From: Anaerohalosphaeraceae bacterium
GTDB taxonomy: Bacteria; Planctomycetota; Phycisphaerae; Sedimentisphaerales; Anaerohalosphaeraceae
Length of the DNA: 64,000 nt
Assembly: GCA_963675525.2 (NCBI GenBank)
Contig: CAXXSL010000019.1
Span: 128,001-192,000 of the forward strand
Reading direction: 5' to 3'
Made by a program: the position numbers and the translations under genes. The notes beneath the pieces are model-generated. The model was not told the origin of the DNA and searched no databases. It worked only from the letters and a program-made list of their open reading frames with translations. This document shows positions 19,042 through 29,732 of this stretch, one piece after another; position 1 is the stretch's first letter, and each line of letters opens with the position of its first letter.

Positions 19042-21489
19042 ATGATCTTAAGATTCCGTTATGTATTTCCGTTTGTTCTGTTCACATTTTGCGGGGCGGG
19101 CTGTACTGCAGTTTCACTGCAAACGATGGATTTGGTTTGGCCTGCTCAACAGGTCTCTGAGATGGATTTAGGGGGCAGCATACAAAATCCGCAGGGACAT
19201 ACACTCACCGTCAATAGTTGCAGTCTTGTGTATGACGGACAGCCGTGGCTTCCGGTGATGGGAGAATTCCATTTTGCCCGATACCCTGAAAGCGAATGGC
19301 GCGATGAACTGCTCAAGATCAAAGCGGGCGGGATTGATATTCTGGCAACTTATATTTTCTGGATTCATCACGAAGAAATTGAGGGTCAGTTCGACTGGTC
19401 AGGCCAGCGCAGTTTGCAAAACTTTGTAAAACTATGCGGCGAAGTGGATCTGCCACTCGTAGTACGCGTTGGGCCGTGGTGTCATGGTGAGGTCCGTAAT
19501 GGCGGCCATCCCGATTGGTTACTGAAAAAAGGATGGAAGTTGCGCAGAGACAATCCTGAGTATCTGGCTAAAGTGCAGATTCTGTTTACGGAAATAGCCG
19601 AACAACTGAAAGGTCTGCTGTTCAAGGAAGGCGGGCCGGTGATTGGTGTGCAGTTGGAAAATGAATACCGCGGCCGGGCCGAGCATTTGCTGACCCTGAA
19701 AAAAATTGTGCGCCAAGCCGGGCTCGATGTGCCGATCTATACGCGAACCGGCTGGCCAAAGCTGTCAAGCCCCATGCCGTTTGGTGAAATTCTTCCGCTG
19801 TTTGGCCAATATCCGGATGGCTTCTGGGATCGCTCGATCGACACGATGCCGTCCGATTACTGGAAGGCGTTTAATTTTGATGTGGTGCGAATGGATGTAA
19901 CGATTGCCAATGAACAACTCGGCAAACGCCGGGCCGAGGACGAGGCGGGTGTGCAACAGTATCCCTATTTGACCTGCGAACTGGGCGGGGGCATGATGCC
20001 GAGTTATCACCGCCGGATTCGGATCGCACCGATGGATATTGCGGCGATGGCCCTGACGAAGATCGGGTCCGGCAGCAATCTGCCCGGTTATTACATGTAT
20101 CACGGCGGGACCAACCCGGAGGGAAAATTAACGACACTGCATGAAACACAGGCGACCGGCCATAACGACCTGCCGGTAAAAACATACGACTTTCAGACCC
20201 CGCTGGGAGAATTCGGCCAGGTCCGGCCGCATTATCACTTACTGCGGCGGTTGCACCTGTTTCTGCGGGACTTTGGACAAACTCTGACAGCGATGCCGTC
20301 TACACTGCCGGTGGAGCGACCGAGCGGCAGAGACGATGCGGACACGTTACGATGGGCAGTTCGCTGCGATGGACACAGCGGTTATCTCTTTATCAATAAC
20401 TATCAGCGTTTGTTGGCAATGCCGCCCAAGCCCGAGACACAGTTTTCACTGAATCTAAATGAAGGCCCACTTACGATACCGGCCGAACCGATTACTGTGC
20501 CTGCCGGCGCGAGCTTTTTCTGGCCATTCAATCTGGATATGCACGGGGCAAAGTTGATTTATGCGACGGCACAGCCGATCTGCAAGCTGGAAGATAATGA
20601 CACGCACTATATCGTATTCGCGCAAACAGCGGGACTTGATGCAGAGTTTGTTTTTGATGCGGCAAACGTGAAGATTGAGTCAACGACCGGAAAAAAAACC
20701 AAAACCAATGGACGATATTCGATTAGAAATATCAAACCCGGAACCGGTGCGGCGATTTGCCTCCAAAATGATAAGAGTGAAACAATTAATATCATACTGC
20801 TGGATGAACAGGCGTCTCTGGGTTGCTGGAAAGGTGTTTGGGGAGGTCGGGAGCGTTTATTTCTCTCGCGGGCCAATCTGATTTTCGATAAAGACAGTCT
20901 GCGTTTGCAGTCGAAAGATGCGGCTGATTTTTCAGTGGGCATCCTGCCTGCACCCGAAACAGTGATTGTAAATCGTGTTGCGCAAAAAGCGAAACCAGAC
21001 GGTCTATTTCGTCGGTTCTCGTTTGATATTCCAAGCACGTTGCCGGGCAAGGTGACTGTTGAAAAAATTCAAGATGCCGGTCCGGCCAGAGAGGTCAAAA
21101 AAGGCTTAGCCAAGGTGGCCGAAGCGCCTTCGGAGGCTGATTGGCAGGCAGCGGCAGTTTGGCGAGTGAAGCTTCCCGATGGGATTGATGCCGGCGACGA
21201 TTATCTGCTTGGCATATCCTATGTGGGCGATGTGGCTCGTGTTTATTGCGGCGATACGCTGCTGACGGACAATTTCTATAACGGCAATGTGTTCGAGATT
21301 GGTCTGCGACGATACGCTCCCGAAATCTATCAAAAAGGATTAACGCTTAAAATTCTGCCGTTGAAAAAGGATGCACCCATTTATCTTCAGAAGGAGGCCC
21401 GGCCGGATTTCGGTTCGGCCGAGAGTTTTTTGCAGCTTTCGTCTGTGGAGTTGATCCCTGAATGGAAAGTCCATCTGGTTGCTCCGTGA
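19042..21489 (+). CDS. GH35 beta-galactosidase
   Basis: GEFHFAR, YIFWIHHEE, RVGPWCHGEVRNGGHPDW, QLENE, CELGGG, YYMYHGGTN, YDFQTPLGE. Confidence 0.92.
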   Translation: MILRFRYVFPFVLFTFCGAGCTAVSLQTMDLVWPAQQVSEMDLGGSIQNPQGHTLTVNSCSLVYDGQPWLPVMGEFHFARYPESEWRDELLKIKAGGIDILATYIFWIHHEEIEGQFDWSGQRSLQNFVKLCGEVDLPLVVRVGPWCHGEVRNGGHPDWLLKKGWKLRRDNPEYLAKVQILFTEIAEQLKGLLFKEGGPVIGVQLENEYRGRAEHLLTLKKIVRQAGLDVPIYTRTGWPKLSSPMPFGEILPLFGQYPDGFWDRSIDTMPSDYWKAFNFDVVRMDVTIANEQLGKRRAEDEAGVQQYPYLTCELGGGMMPSYHRRIRIAPMDIAAMALTKIGSGSNLPGYYMYHGGTNPEGKLTTLHETQATGHNDLPVKTYDFQTPLGEFGQVRPHYHLLRRLHLFLRDFGQTLTAMPSTLPVERPSGRDDADTLRWAVRCDGHSGYLFINNYQRLLAMPPKPETQFSLNLNEGPLTIPAEPITVPAGASFFWPFNLDMHGAKLIYATAQPICKLEDNDTHYIVFAQTAGLDAEFVFDAANVKIESTTGKKTKTNGRYSIRNIKPGTGAAICLQNDKSETINIILLDEQASLGCWKGVWGGRERLFLSRANLIFDKDSLRLQSKDAADFSVGILPAPETVIVNRVAQKAKPDGLFRRFSFDIPSTLPGKVTVEKIQDAGPAREVKKGLAKVAEAPSEADWQAAAVWRVKLPDGIDAGDDYLLGISYVGDVARVYCGDTLLTDNFYNGNVFEIGLRRYAPEIYQKGLTLKILPLKKDAPIYLQKEARPDFGSAESFLQLSSVELIPEWKVHLVAP

Positions 21490-21555
21490 CGGATTTTTAC
21501 TTTTATTGATACAATTATATTAATCGATTTTCCGGAAATGAAAGCGGGTGACGCG

Positions 21556-24081
21556 ATGAAAAAAAACGTTTTTCAAACAGTGCTTGTTGTATTTATTTCC
21601 TCAACGTTCCTTGCCTTTACCGCAGATGCACAAAAAATTGCTATAACGGTTCAGGCAGACGCAGCCGGCAAATCCATCAGCCCCGATCTGTTTGGTATTT
21701 TTTTTGAGGATCTGAACTATGCTGCGGACGGGGGACTCTACGCAGAATTAGTTCAGAACCGTTCGTTTGAATACAGCCGGGCCGACAACAGGGACTGGAA
21801 CTCGCTGACATCCTGGGATTTGCTTCAAAGCGATGCAGGCACCGCCGAGATTGCCGTTCAGACCCAGAGCCCGTTGAATGCTAATAATCCTCACTATGCG
21901 CTTTTGACAATTAACAAGGCCGGCAGCCGCACAGGTTTGCATAATACAGGTTTTGACGGTATCGTGCTCAAAGACGGAGATAAATACGATGTATCACTGT
22001 TTGCTCGTATCTTCTCCGGTCGTCCCGGCCCGATAGTCGTTCGTTTGGAAAATCGTCAGCATCAATCTCTGGGTGAGGTCCAATTAACCGGCTTAAAAGA
22101 AAACTGGACCAAACATACAGCTGTCATTGAAGCCGGCGCTGACGAGATAAATGCCCGTTTGGTCGTACTTGTTTCCGGAACCGGAACGCTGGGGCTGGAT
22201 ATGATTTCGCTGTTTCCGCAGAAAACTTTTCGCAACCGTCCCAATGGCCTGCGTGCGGACCTGGCCCAGGTGATTGCAGACTTGAAACCGAAATTTATGC
22301 GTTTTCCGGGCGGTTGCCTGGCACATGGTGATGGACTGGAAAATATGTATCGCTGGAAAGATACCATTGGTTCTGTCGAACAGCGAAAGGCCCAGAGGAA
22401 TATCTGGCGATACCACCAGACGATGGGGTTGGGGTATTTTGAATATTTCCAGTTTTGTGAGGATATCGGCGCCAAGCCGTTGCCGGTGGTACCGGCTGGT
22501 GTCTGCTGCCAGAACTCAGGGAATTATCTGAATTTGGTACCTCGAGGTCAAAAGGGCATTCCCATGGACGAGATGGATGAATATGTTCAGGAGGTATTGG
22601 ACCTGGTTGAGTATGCCAACGGTCCGATTACTTCCGAATGGGGCGCCAAACGTGCTTCTGCCGGGCATCCCGAGCCGTTTAACCTGGAATATCTTGGGGT
22701 TGGTAATGAGGATGTGATTTCGGAAACATTCCGTGTGCGGTACAAGATGATCAACGATGCCATCAAAGCGAAGTACCCGGACATTATCGTGATTGGAACC
22801 ACAGGACCGTTCACTGACGGCCGCGATTATGATGAAGGCTGGAAGTTTGCCAAAGAAGAAAAGCTGCCGATGGTGGACGAGCATGGGTATAAATCGCCCG
22901 CATGGTTTTGGGGAAACCTGGAGCGTTTTGATGCTTACGACCGCACCGGCATCCAGGTATATTTAGGCGAGTACGCTGCCCATGATAGGGGGCGTGCCAA
23001 TACACTGCGTTCGGCATTGTCCGAGGCGGCCTATATGACAACACTTGAACGTAACGGAGAACTGGTGCATCTTTCGTCTTATGCGCCGCTGCTGTCTAAG
23101 CAGGGCAGGACTCAATGGCGTCCGGATTTGATCTACTTCGACAACGTGTCAATTACACCGTCGATCAACTACTATGTTCAGCAATTGTTCAGTATGAACT
23201 GTGGTGACTTTTATCTTCCGACCACGGTGAAAATTCAGACACCCGAGTCACAAACCGAATCATCAACGATTCCCAATGGTGTATTACTTGGAACCTGGAA
23301 CACTCAGGCCAGATTTGACAACGTCAAAGTTCTCAACGGTACCGAAACCGTTCTGGACGAATCCTCTGACAGTGCTGCCGATGGTTGGAATTCAATGTCC
23401 GGTCAATGGAGCGTAGTTGGCAGTGTGCATAGCCAACGTTCCGGCGAAACACCGGCTCTGTCTATGTATGCCTTTGACGGTAAACAGTCGAATTACATGA
23501 TTACTCTGAAAGCGATGAAAACCAGCGGAGCCGAGGGTTTCCTGATCGGTTTTGGTGCGCTGGATGCGGAAAACTATTACTGGTTGAACTTGGGCGGTTG
23601 GGGCAATACATCTCATTGCCTGCAAAAAACAATCGATGGTGCTCAAAGCAGCTTTGGCCCTTCTATCTCCGGCAAGATTGACTCCAACCGTTGGTACGAT
23701 ATTAAGATTCAAGTTGACGGCAAGCAAATTCAATGCTATCTTGACGGACAACTGATCATCGATGTGACTGACCGAGGATTTATTAAAACACCTGATGTGG
23801 CGGCTTCCACGGTTCGGGATGCAGAAACCGGCGATGTGATTATTAAAATTGTCAGCAAGGCTGATGATGCGGTCAAGACGACCATCGACCTGAGTTCAGT
23901 GGGGCCGTTTGAGCCCAAAGCCGTTTGTACGATTCTGTCCGGCGATCCGATGGCAGAGAATCGATTCGGACAGACTCCGGTGGTTTTACCAAAAGAATCT
24001 GAAATTGAGGTCAGCAAAGTTCTTGATTATGAGATCCCCCCACATTCATTTTCTGTCATTCGGATTAACAGGACAAAGTAA
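21556..24081 (+). CDS. GH51 alpha-L-arabinofuranosidase with CBM-like N-domain and an inserted beta-sandwich
   Basis: FGIFFEDLNYAADGGLYAELVQNRSFE, RFPGGC, GVGNE, VDEH, YLGEYA, SYAPLL; signal peptide. Confidence 0.92.
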   Translation: MKKNVFQTVLVVFISSTFLAFTADAQKIAITVQADAAGKSISPDLFGIFFEDLNYAADGGLYAELVQNRSFEYSRADNRDWNSLTSWDLLQSDAGTAEIAVQTQSPLNANNPHYALLTINKAGSRTGLHNTGFDGIVLKDGDKYDVSLFARIFSGRPGPIVVRLENRQHQSLGEVQLTGLKENWTKHTAVIEAGADEINARLVVLVSGTGTLGLDMISLFPQKTFRNRPNGLRADLAQVIADLKPKFMRFPGGCLAHGDGLENMYRWKDTIGSVEQRKAQRNIWRYHQTMGLGYFEYFQFCEDIGAKPLPVVPAGVCCQNSGNYLNLVPRGQKGIPMDEMDEYVQEVLDLVEYANGPITSEWGAKRASAGHPEPFNLEYLGVGNEDVISETFRVRYKMINDAIKAKYPDIIVIGTTGPFTDGRDYDEGWKFAKEEKLPMVDEHGYKSPAWFWGNLERFDAYDRTGIQVYLGEYAAHDRGRANTLRSALSEAAYMTTLERNGELVHLSSYAPLLSKQGRTQWRPDLIYFDNVSITPSINYYVQQLFSMNCGDFYLPTTVKIQTPESQTESSTIPNGVLLGTWNTQARFDNVKVLNGTETVLDESSDSAADGWNSMSGQWSVVGSVHSQRSGETPALSMYAFDGKQSNYMITLKAMKTSGAEGFLIGFGALDAENYYWLNLGGWGNTSHCLQKTIDGAQSSFGPSISGKIDSNRWYDIKIQVDGKQIQCYLDGQLIIDVTDRGFIKTPDVAASTVRDAETGDVIIKIVSKADDAVKTTIDLSSVGPFEPKAVCTILSGDPMAENRFGQTPVVLPKESEIEVSKVLDYEIPPHSFSVIRINRTK

Positions 24082-24121
24082 ACAATTCTGGCAAATGAAG
24101 TACAGCAACGGAGAATTTAAA

Positions 24122-26296
24122 ATGTATAAATCAAATAAGAAATTACATGGCCTGTTTTTTGTTGCATTCATGATGTTTTCAATTCTCGGTATAGTGGCAT
24201 CTGCGGCTTCTGAAAACGATTACTCGGCCTATTTATTTGCGTATTTCATCGGTAACGGACCGGGGCAGGAGCAAATTCGGTTTGCTGTCAGCGAAGATGG
24301 ATTCAACTACAAGGCGCTGAACGATAACAAGCCGATTGTAGACTCCAAGGACATCAGTACTTCCGGCGGTGTGCGTGACCCGCACATCCTGCGTACCGCC
24401 GACGGCAAGAATTTCTATATGGTTGTGACGGACCTGTATGTGCCGAAGATGGGCTGGAACAACTATGCGATGGTGTTGATGAAATCGACGGACCTGATCC
24501 ATTGGAAATCCTCGGTCGTGAACATTCCAGAAACCTACCCGGACCGGTTCGGTAAGGTCCACCGCGTATGGGCACCGCAGACGATCTACGACAAAAAGAC
24601 GAACAAATACATGGTTTATTTCTCCATGAAGGAGGGCAATGATCCGGATAAGATCTACTATGCCTACGCCAATGAGGACTTTACCGGGTTTGAAGCCGCA
24701 CCAATGCAACTCTATTACCCGCCGGCCGATAGCAATACGCGGGCCTGTATTGACGGCGATATCATCTGCAAGGATGGCAAGTACCATCTGTTCTATAAGG
24801 CCGAGGACGGCGAACCGGGCATCAAGCTGGCGATTTCCGACGCGTTGACCGAAGGTTATAAGCTTTACAGCAGCAAGCGAATGGACCGTTCACGCGATCC
24901 AGTGGAGGGGTCCGGCATCTTCAAGCTGAACAACAGCGACGACTGGGTCCTGATGTATGACGTTTACACCAAGGGACGTTATCAGTTTACTCGCAGTTCA
25001 GATCTGTTGAATTTTGAGGTCATCGACAACGAAATTACAATGAACTTTCATCCGCGCCACGGTACCGTGATGCCGATTACAACCGAAGAACTACTGCGTC
25101 TGATGAGCCAGTGGGGTTCGCCGGAGCATCTTTCGCTGGAAGCGACGTCCGAGATGGTAAAGACTTGCAATGTTGCAATAGACTCCGACAAGGGTACCGT
25201 CCGTCTGCCGGTCAAACGCGGTACGGATATGAGCAAACTGGATCCGGGATTCAAGGCCTTTGCCGGCGTGAGTATTGCGCCGACAGGGCAGCAGGACTTC
25301 TCAAAAGGGCCTGTCGAATATTCCATCGGCATTAAGGGTCAGGAGCCGATTGTTTTTCAGGTGAAGGCAACCGAAGACCATAATCCGGTGCTCGACGGCT
25401 ACTATGCCGATCCGGATATCCTTTATGCCGAGAAAACCGGCAAGTTCTACATCTATCCCACCAGCGACGGTTTCACGGGCTGGTCCGGCACCTATTTCAA
25501 AACCTTCTCTTCAGACAACCTGGTGGATTGGAAAGACGAAGGCGTTATCCTCGATCTGAAGACCGATGTTAACTGGACTGACCGCAATGCGTGGGCACCC
25601 TGCATCATCGAAAAGAAGATCGAGGGCCAATACAAGTATTTCTACTACTTTACCGCTGCGCAGCAGGTCGGGGTTGCCGTTGCCGACGACCCGACCGGAC
25701 CGTTTACCGACAGCGGCAAGCCGCTCATCAGTCATCGTCCCGAGGGTGTAAAAGGCGGTCAGCAGATCGATCCCGATGTTTTCAGCGATCCCATTTCCGG
25801 CCAGGATTACTTGTATTGGGGGAATGGCTATATGGCGGTTGCCGAACTGAATGAGGATATGGTTTCCATTAAAGAGGACACGGTCAAGGTCATGACCCCG
25901 GACCGCACCTACCGCGAAGGCTCGCACGTTTTGTACCGCAAGGGCAAATACTATTTCCTTTGGTCCGAGGATGATACCCGCAGCGAAAACTACTGCGTTC
26001 GTTATGCCACGGCCTCAACCCCGACCGGCCCGCTGGATATTCCAAAAGACAACCTCGTGATTGCAAAGGACCCCGAAGCGGGTATCTATGCCACCGGGCA
26101 CAACTCTACAATCCAGATTCCCGGCACTGATGAGTGGTATATTGTTTATCACCGCTTCACCTATCCCAAGGGAATCGGCATGGGGCGTTCAGCAGGATAC
26201 CATCGTGAAACGTGCATTGACAAACTGAGGTTTGACGAGTCCGGGAAAATTATCCAAGCGCAGCCGACGCTTGAAGGCATTGTTCCGATCAAGTAA
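24122..26296 (+). CDS. Tandem GH43-GH43 glycoside hydrolase
   Basis: Domain 1 VRDPHI, WAPQ, IDGD, VEG; domain 2 YADPDI, WAPC, IDPD, YREG, TGHNS; start ATG 24122 after GGAG. Confidence 0.9.
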   Translation: MYKSNKKLHGLFFVAFMMFSILGIVASAASENDYSAYLFAYFIGNGPGQEQIRFAVSEDGFNYKALNDNKPIVDSKDISTSGGVRDPHILRTADGKNFYMVVTDLYVPKMGWNNYAMVLMKSTDLIHWKSSVVNIPETYPDRFGKVHRVWAPQTIYDKKTNKYMVYFSMKEGNDPDKIYYAYANEDFTGFEAAPMQLYYPPADSNTRACIDGDIICKDGKYHLFYKAEDGEPGIKLAISDALTEGYKLYSSKRMDRSRDPVEGSGIFKLNNSDDWVLMYDVYTKGRYQFTRSSDLLNFEVIDNEITMNFHPRHGTVMPITTEELLRLMSQWGSPEHLSLEATSEMVKTCNVAIDSDKGTVRLPVKRGTDMSKLDPGFKAFAGVSIAPTGQQDFSKGPVEYSIGIKGQEPIVFQVKATEDHNPVLDGYYADPDILYAEKTGKFYIYPTSDGFTGWSGTYFKTFSSDNLVDWKDEGVILDLKTDVNWTDRNAWAPCIIEKKIEGQYKYFYYFTAAQQVGVAVADDPTGPFTDSGKPLISHRPEGVKGGQQIDPDVFSDPISGQDYLYWGNGYMAVAELNEDMVSIKEDTVKVMTPDRTYREGSHVLYRKGKYYFLWSEDDTRSENYCVRYATASTPTGPLDIPKDNLVIAKDPEAGIYATGHNSTIQIPGTDEWYIVYHRFTYPKGIGMGRSAGYHRETCIDKLRFDESGKIIQAQPTLEGIVPIK

Positions 26297-26603
26297 TGTC
26301 CGTGGCTCTCATACCCCCGAGACGAACGACTTTCAAATTTTAAATCACTCCTTTTGTATGATGCAACACCTCGAATAGAGACTATCTTAACAAAGTATTG
26401 TTTGAGGATGAAACGACTCGGAAAATAAACATCAGGCGGGGTGTGTTAAAATCTTCTGCAAAATGCAAAATTTTCACAAAACAGAAAAAGAGACACTTAA
26501 AATTTGAATTTCACATAAATAAGATCAAAATTAAATAATTTGGTTAAAATTTCCGAATCGTGGCGAATTACAATATAGAAGCATACTTTAATCTGGAACA
26601 ATT

Positions 26604-27146
26604 ATGGGAAAAGACAGGGTAAATCTTAGTACAAAACGGTTTATGAGCCTTTTGGTGCCGAATCAAAAGAAAATTTATATGTTTATCCGCTATCTTGTGC
26701 CGGGCCGGACCGATGCGGATGATATTCTTCAGGAAACACTCACTGAAATGTGGAATAAATTTGATGATTACCAGGATGGGACGAATTTTGTTGCATGGGG
26801 GCGGGCAATTGCCAGATATAAAGTGCTGAGTTTTATACAAAAAAAGAAGTCGTTCGGAGTCCACTTTAGTGAAAAAACAATTCATTTTCTTCAGGATGAA
26901 GCATGCTCGGTCCAACCTCACAATACGACCATAGAGCGGATGGAAACCTTGAAAGAATGTATTTCAAAGTTGCCTCAAAAACAGAAAAAGTTGCTTTGTT
27001 TACGCTACGAGCAAGACATGACATTTGACGGTATTGCAGGTCAATTCGGTCTTTCCATTCCGGCTGTTTATAAAGCCATAAGTCGGATTCATGCCAGTTT
27101 GGCAAAATGTATTCGATTAGCCCTTCATTTAAAGGGGGCGATATGA
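26604..27146 (+). CDS. ECF sigma-70 factor (Rhodopirellula/Verrucomicrobium-type)
   Basis: DADDILQET, W.KF..Y..GTNFVAW...IARYKV, LKECISKL, LRY, region 4 HTH; ATGA overlap with next gene. Confidence 0.92.
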   Translation: MGKDRVNLSTKRFMSLLVPNQKKIYMFIRYLVPGRTDADDILQETLTEMWNKFDDYQDGTNFVAWGRAIARYKVLSFIQKKKSFGVHFSEKTIHFLQDEACSVQPHNTTIERMETLKECISKLPQKQKKLLCLRYEQDMTFDGIAGQFGLSIPAVYKAISRIHASLAKCIRLALHLKGAI

Positions 27147-28813
27147 ACCACAATGAATCACTGTTCGCTGAAGTTTCTTACCTGATACTACTGTCTGTTG
27201 AGGGGAAAATTAACAAAGAGCAGCTTGAGCAACTGGACACTTTATTGCAAACCAGTTCGGGGGCAAGAGCGATTTACTTTGAGGTGATGAATGTTCATCT
27301 GGGCTTGGAGAGTTTGGATGCTGTTTTAGAGCATGATGAAAACGATATTCTCTCTTCTTTCGATACGGCGGCCCTGGAAGCGCTGGCTGAATACGAAAAA
27401 GTCGCACCCACACTGGAATCTCCGGTTTCTGAAGAAGTGGAGGATTTGCCGCTTCGAAAAGTTAAGCGTCAGGAAATCGTTTATAAAATCAATAAAAGTT
27501 CAATAATCTCTATCCTAGCAACTGCGGCAGCAATTCTGTGTATCATAGCATTTGCCCGTTTAGTTCCCGTTTACAAAAGTGATGAAGTAGCCACGTTGGT
27601 TGACAGCGTGGCTGCGAAATGGGCAGCAGCGGAGATGCCGATAAACAAAGGAGTTCGTTTTTTTGCAGACGGGAGACCGCTGATATTAAGAGAAGGGCTG
27701 GTCAAACTGGAATTTGATACCCATGCTCAGGTGGTCATTGAATCGCCCGCAGAATTCCGAATTCTGACAGATGATCAGATCGAGTTGCGATATGGACGAT
27801 TGTATGCGACGGTTCCCCAGGAAGCGATCGGTTTCTCCGTGAATACACAGACGGCCAAAATTATTGATTTGGGAACGGAATTCGGCGTCCAGGCCGATAT
27901 TTACGGGGATACGTTTCTGCATGTGGTCCGCGGTCGGACTACGCTGATTGCCGGAACCGGTTCGAACAAGATAAGCATGGAGGTTATAAAAGGCTCGGCC
28001 AGGAAAGTATCCGGGGCGACGTCCACGGTTTCTAATATTCCCTTGAATCATCATCTATTTGCAAGGACGATCAACTCGGCCAATCGCTTTGTGTGGCGAG
28101 GAGAGGTGGTTCGGTTTAATCTTGCCGACGTGGTCGGCGGGGGCAACGGATTGGGTACGGGCCAGATCGGCAAAGGCATTTCACTGACGGACGGTTCCTG
28201 CGTTTCAGATTTCAACTGGGCTGACCGGCAGGGCAATAGGGACTACTGGCCTGTTGATGCATCGCCCTTTGTCGACGGTGTGATTGTGCCGGATTCGGAC
28301 GACGGAATATTGCAGGTGTCTTCTAAAGGACATATGTTCCGTGAATGCCCGGATACAAACGGTTTGTATTTTGATGAGATCCGTAACGGTGGCTTGATAC
28401 GCATGACGGATTCCAAAAGCAGTTTTCCCATGCTTTTTAATCAGGTTGAGTACGGGACGGTTCAGCGGCCGCTGCTGTTTATGCATTCGAATGCATGTAT
28501 TACGTTTGATCTGGATGCGATTCGCAGCGTTATGCCGGGTTTTGATGTGACGGCTTTTCGCTCTCGCTGTGTACTGATTGAGAAAAGCGACAGAGTCAGA
28601 ACTGAGAAATCGGATGTTTTTGTCCTGGTCAATGGAGAAACGAAATTTAAGCAGGTTGGGTTTGATCAAAACGGCGTGGCACTGGATATTGATATTCCAC
28701 TGACAGCAAGCGATCACTTTTTAACACTGGTCGCAACCGACGGCGGTGACAGTATTGCGATCGACTGGATCGGATTTACCGAGCCATATGTGCTATTACA
28801 AGAAGACAGATAA
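27143..28813 (+). CDS. FecR-like anti-sigma/sensor with C-terminal NPCBM-like beta domain
   Basis: Cytoplasmic N-domain, single TM (SIISILATAAAILCIIAFA), FecR motifs IESPAEF, GFSVNT, IIDLGTEFGV, HVVRG; C-domain LADVVGGGNG...MHSN..ITFDLDAIR...FLTLVATDGG. Confidence 0.85.
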   Translation: MNHNESLFAEVSYLILLSVEGKINKEQLEQLDTLLQTSSGARAIYFEVMNVHLGLESLDAVLEHDENDILSSFDTAALEALAEYEKVAPTLESPVSEEVEDLPLRKVKRQEIVYKINKSSIISILATAAAILCIIAFARLVPVYKSDEVATLVDSVAAKWAAAEMPINKGVRFFADGRPLILREGLVKLEFDTHAQVVIESPAEFRILTDDQIELRYGRLYATVPQEAIGFSVNTQTAKIIDLGTEFGVQADIYGDTFLHVVRGRTTLIAGTGSNKISMEVIKGSARKVSGATSTVSNIPLNHHLFARTINSANRFVWRGEVVRFNLADVVGGGNGLGTGQIGKGISLTDGSCVSDFNWADRQGNRDYWPVDASPFVDGVIVPDSDDGILQVSSKGHMFRECPDTNGLYFDEIRNGGLIRMTDSKSSFPMLFNQVEYGTVQRPLLFMHSNACITFDLDAIRSVMPGFDVTAFRSRCVLIEKSDRVRTEKSDVFVLVNGETKFKQVGFDQNGVALDIDIPLTASDHFLTLVATDGGDSIAIDWIGFTEPYVLLQEDR

Positions 28814-28925
28814 GACTGCGGCGGTGTCGCAGATGAGTTTTTGATGTGTGAAGTGTGTGTGGAAAGGTTCATATTATGCGTGATAATATGAAAGAGTGTT
28901 AATTTAGTTTTCGGAGGATTGGAAG

Positions 28926-29513
28926 ATGAAGAAGTATTTAGTTGTGCTATTTTTGGTTGGCGCGATGGCCCTATCGGCACAGGCGAATCTGATCAGCAAT
29001 GGCGGTTTTGAAACCGGCGACTCTACTGACTGGTGGACATGGGCAGTGGAACCCGAAAATCAAACCCTGACGGTCGTTGACACCTTGGCGTCCGAGGGTG
29101 CCTACAGTATGGAATCGTACTCGAACACAGCAACGTGGTCAGCACAATTTGGTCAGTACTTTGCCGCCAGTGAAGGCGACTTGACCCTGAGTTTTGACTA
29201 CTATGCTGATGTGCCGGGAGACTGGGGTTCAATGGGTGTTAATGTCGATTATTGGGATGAATCAGGCAAGCATTGGGCAGGCTGGTTTTCGCCTTTCGAT
29301 GGCGGACCGGCACCCATTCAGGGCGAGTGGGTTCCTGTTACTCTTAATTACACACTGCCGACCGGAACGTATGCCGTTGATTTGAAAGTTGAAGTGGCGA
29401 ACTGGGCAACTGTAAACTTTGACAACTTCATCGCAACCCAAGTTCCCGAACCGGCAACGCTGACCCTGCTTGGGTTGGGTGCGACCGTATTGATGAATCG
29501 CCGCAGAAAATAG
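28926..29513 (+). CDS. PEP-CTERM surface protein with CBM-like (galactose-binding-fold) domain
   Basis: Signal peptide; NLISNGGFETG...NFDNF; C-terminal VPEPATLTLLGLGATVLMNRRRK. Confidence 0.92.
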   Translation: MKKYLVVLFLVGAMALSAQANLISNGGFETGDSTDWWTWAVEPENQTLTVVDTLASEGAYSMESYSNTATWSAQFGQYFAASEGDLTLSFDYYADVPGDWGSMGVNVDYWDESGKHWAGWFSPFDGGPAPIQGEWVPVTLNYTLPTGTYAVDLKVEVANWATVNFDNFIATQVPEPATLTLLGLGATVLMNRRRK

Positions 29514-29583
29514 TTCTCTGAGTCGAGTCATCAGTTTTTTGTAATATGAAAATAGGTTTTCTTAGAAGGAAAAGCTTTAAGAA

Positions 29584-29620
29584 GGGTGTTTTGCGCTCTT
29601 CGATAGAGTGCAAAACACCC
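29584..29620 (+). other. Long intergenic stem-loop without U-tract
   Basis: GGGTGTTTTGCGCTCT-TCGAT-AGAGTGCAAAACACCC, followed by GTGGC rather than a T run. Confidence 0.7.
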
Positions 29621-29732
29621 GTGGCATGAACTGAAAAGTGCAGCGTAACGTTTCATTATGTAGTGGGTTTTTATATGTATGTAAGATGCTGTTAGGAGGC
29701 ATCAAGAGCCTGTAACTTACTTGTAGGAGATT

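Noticed and set aside
23909..24121. Long N-terminal extensions in the ORF track (also 14994, 17228, 27107, 31737, 55421)
   Set aside because: They overlap upstream genes or hairpins, or precede a better start; downstream ATGs with an RBS or signal peptide fit better
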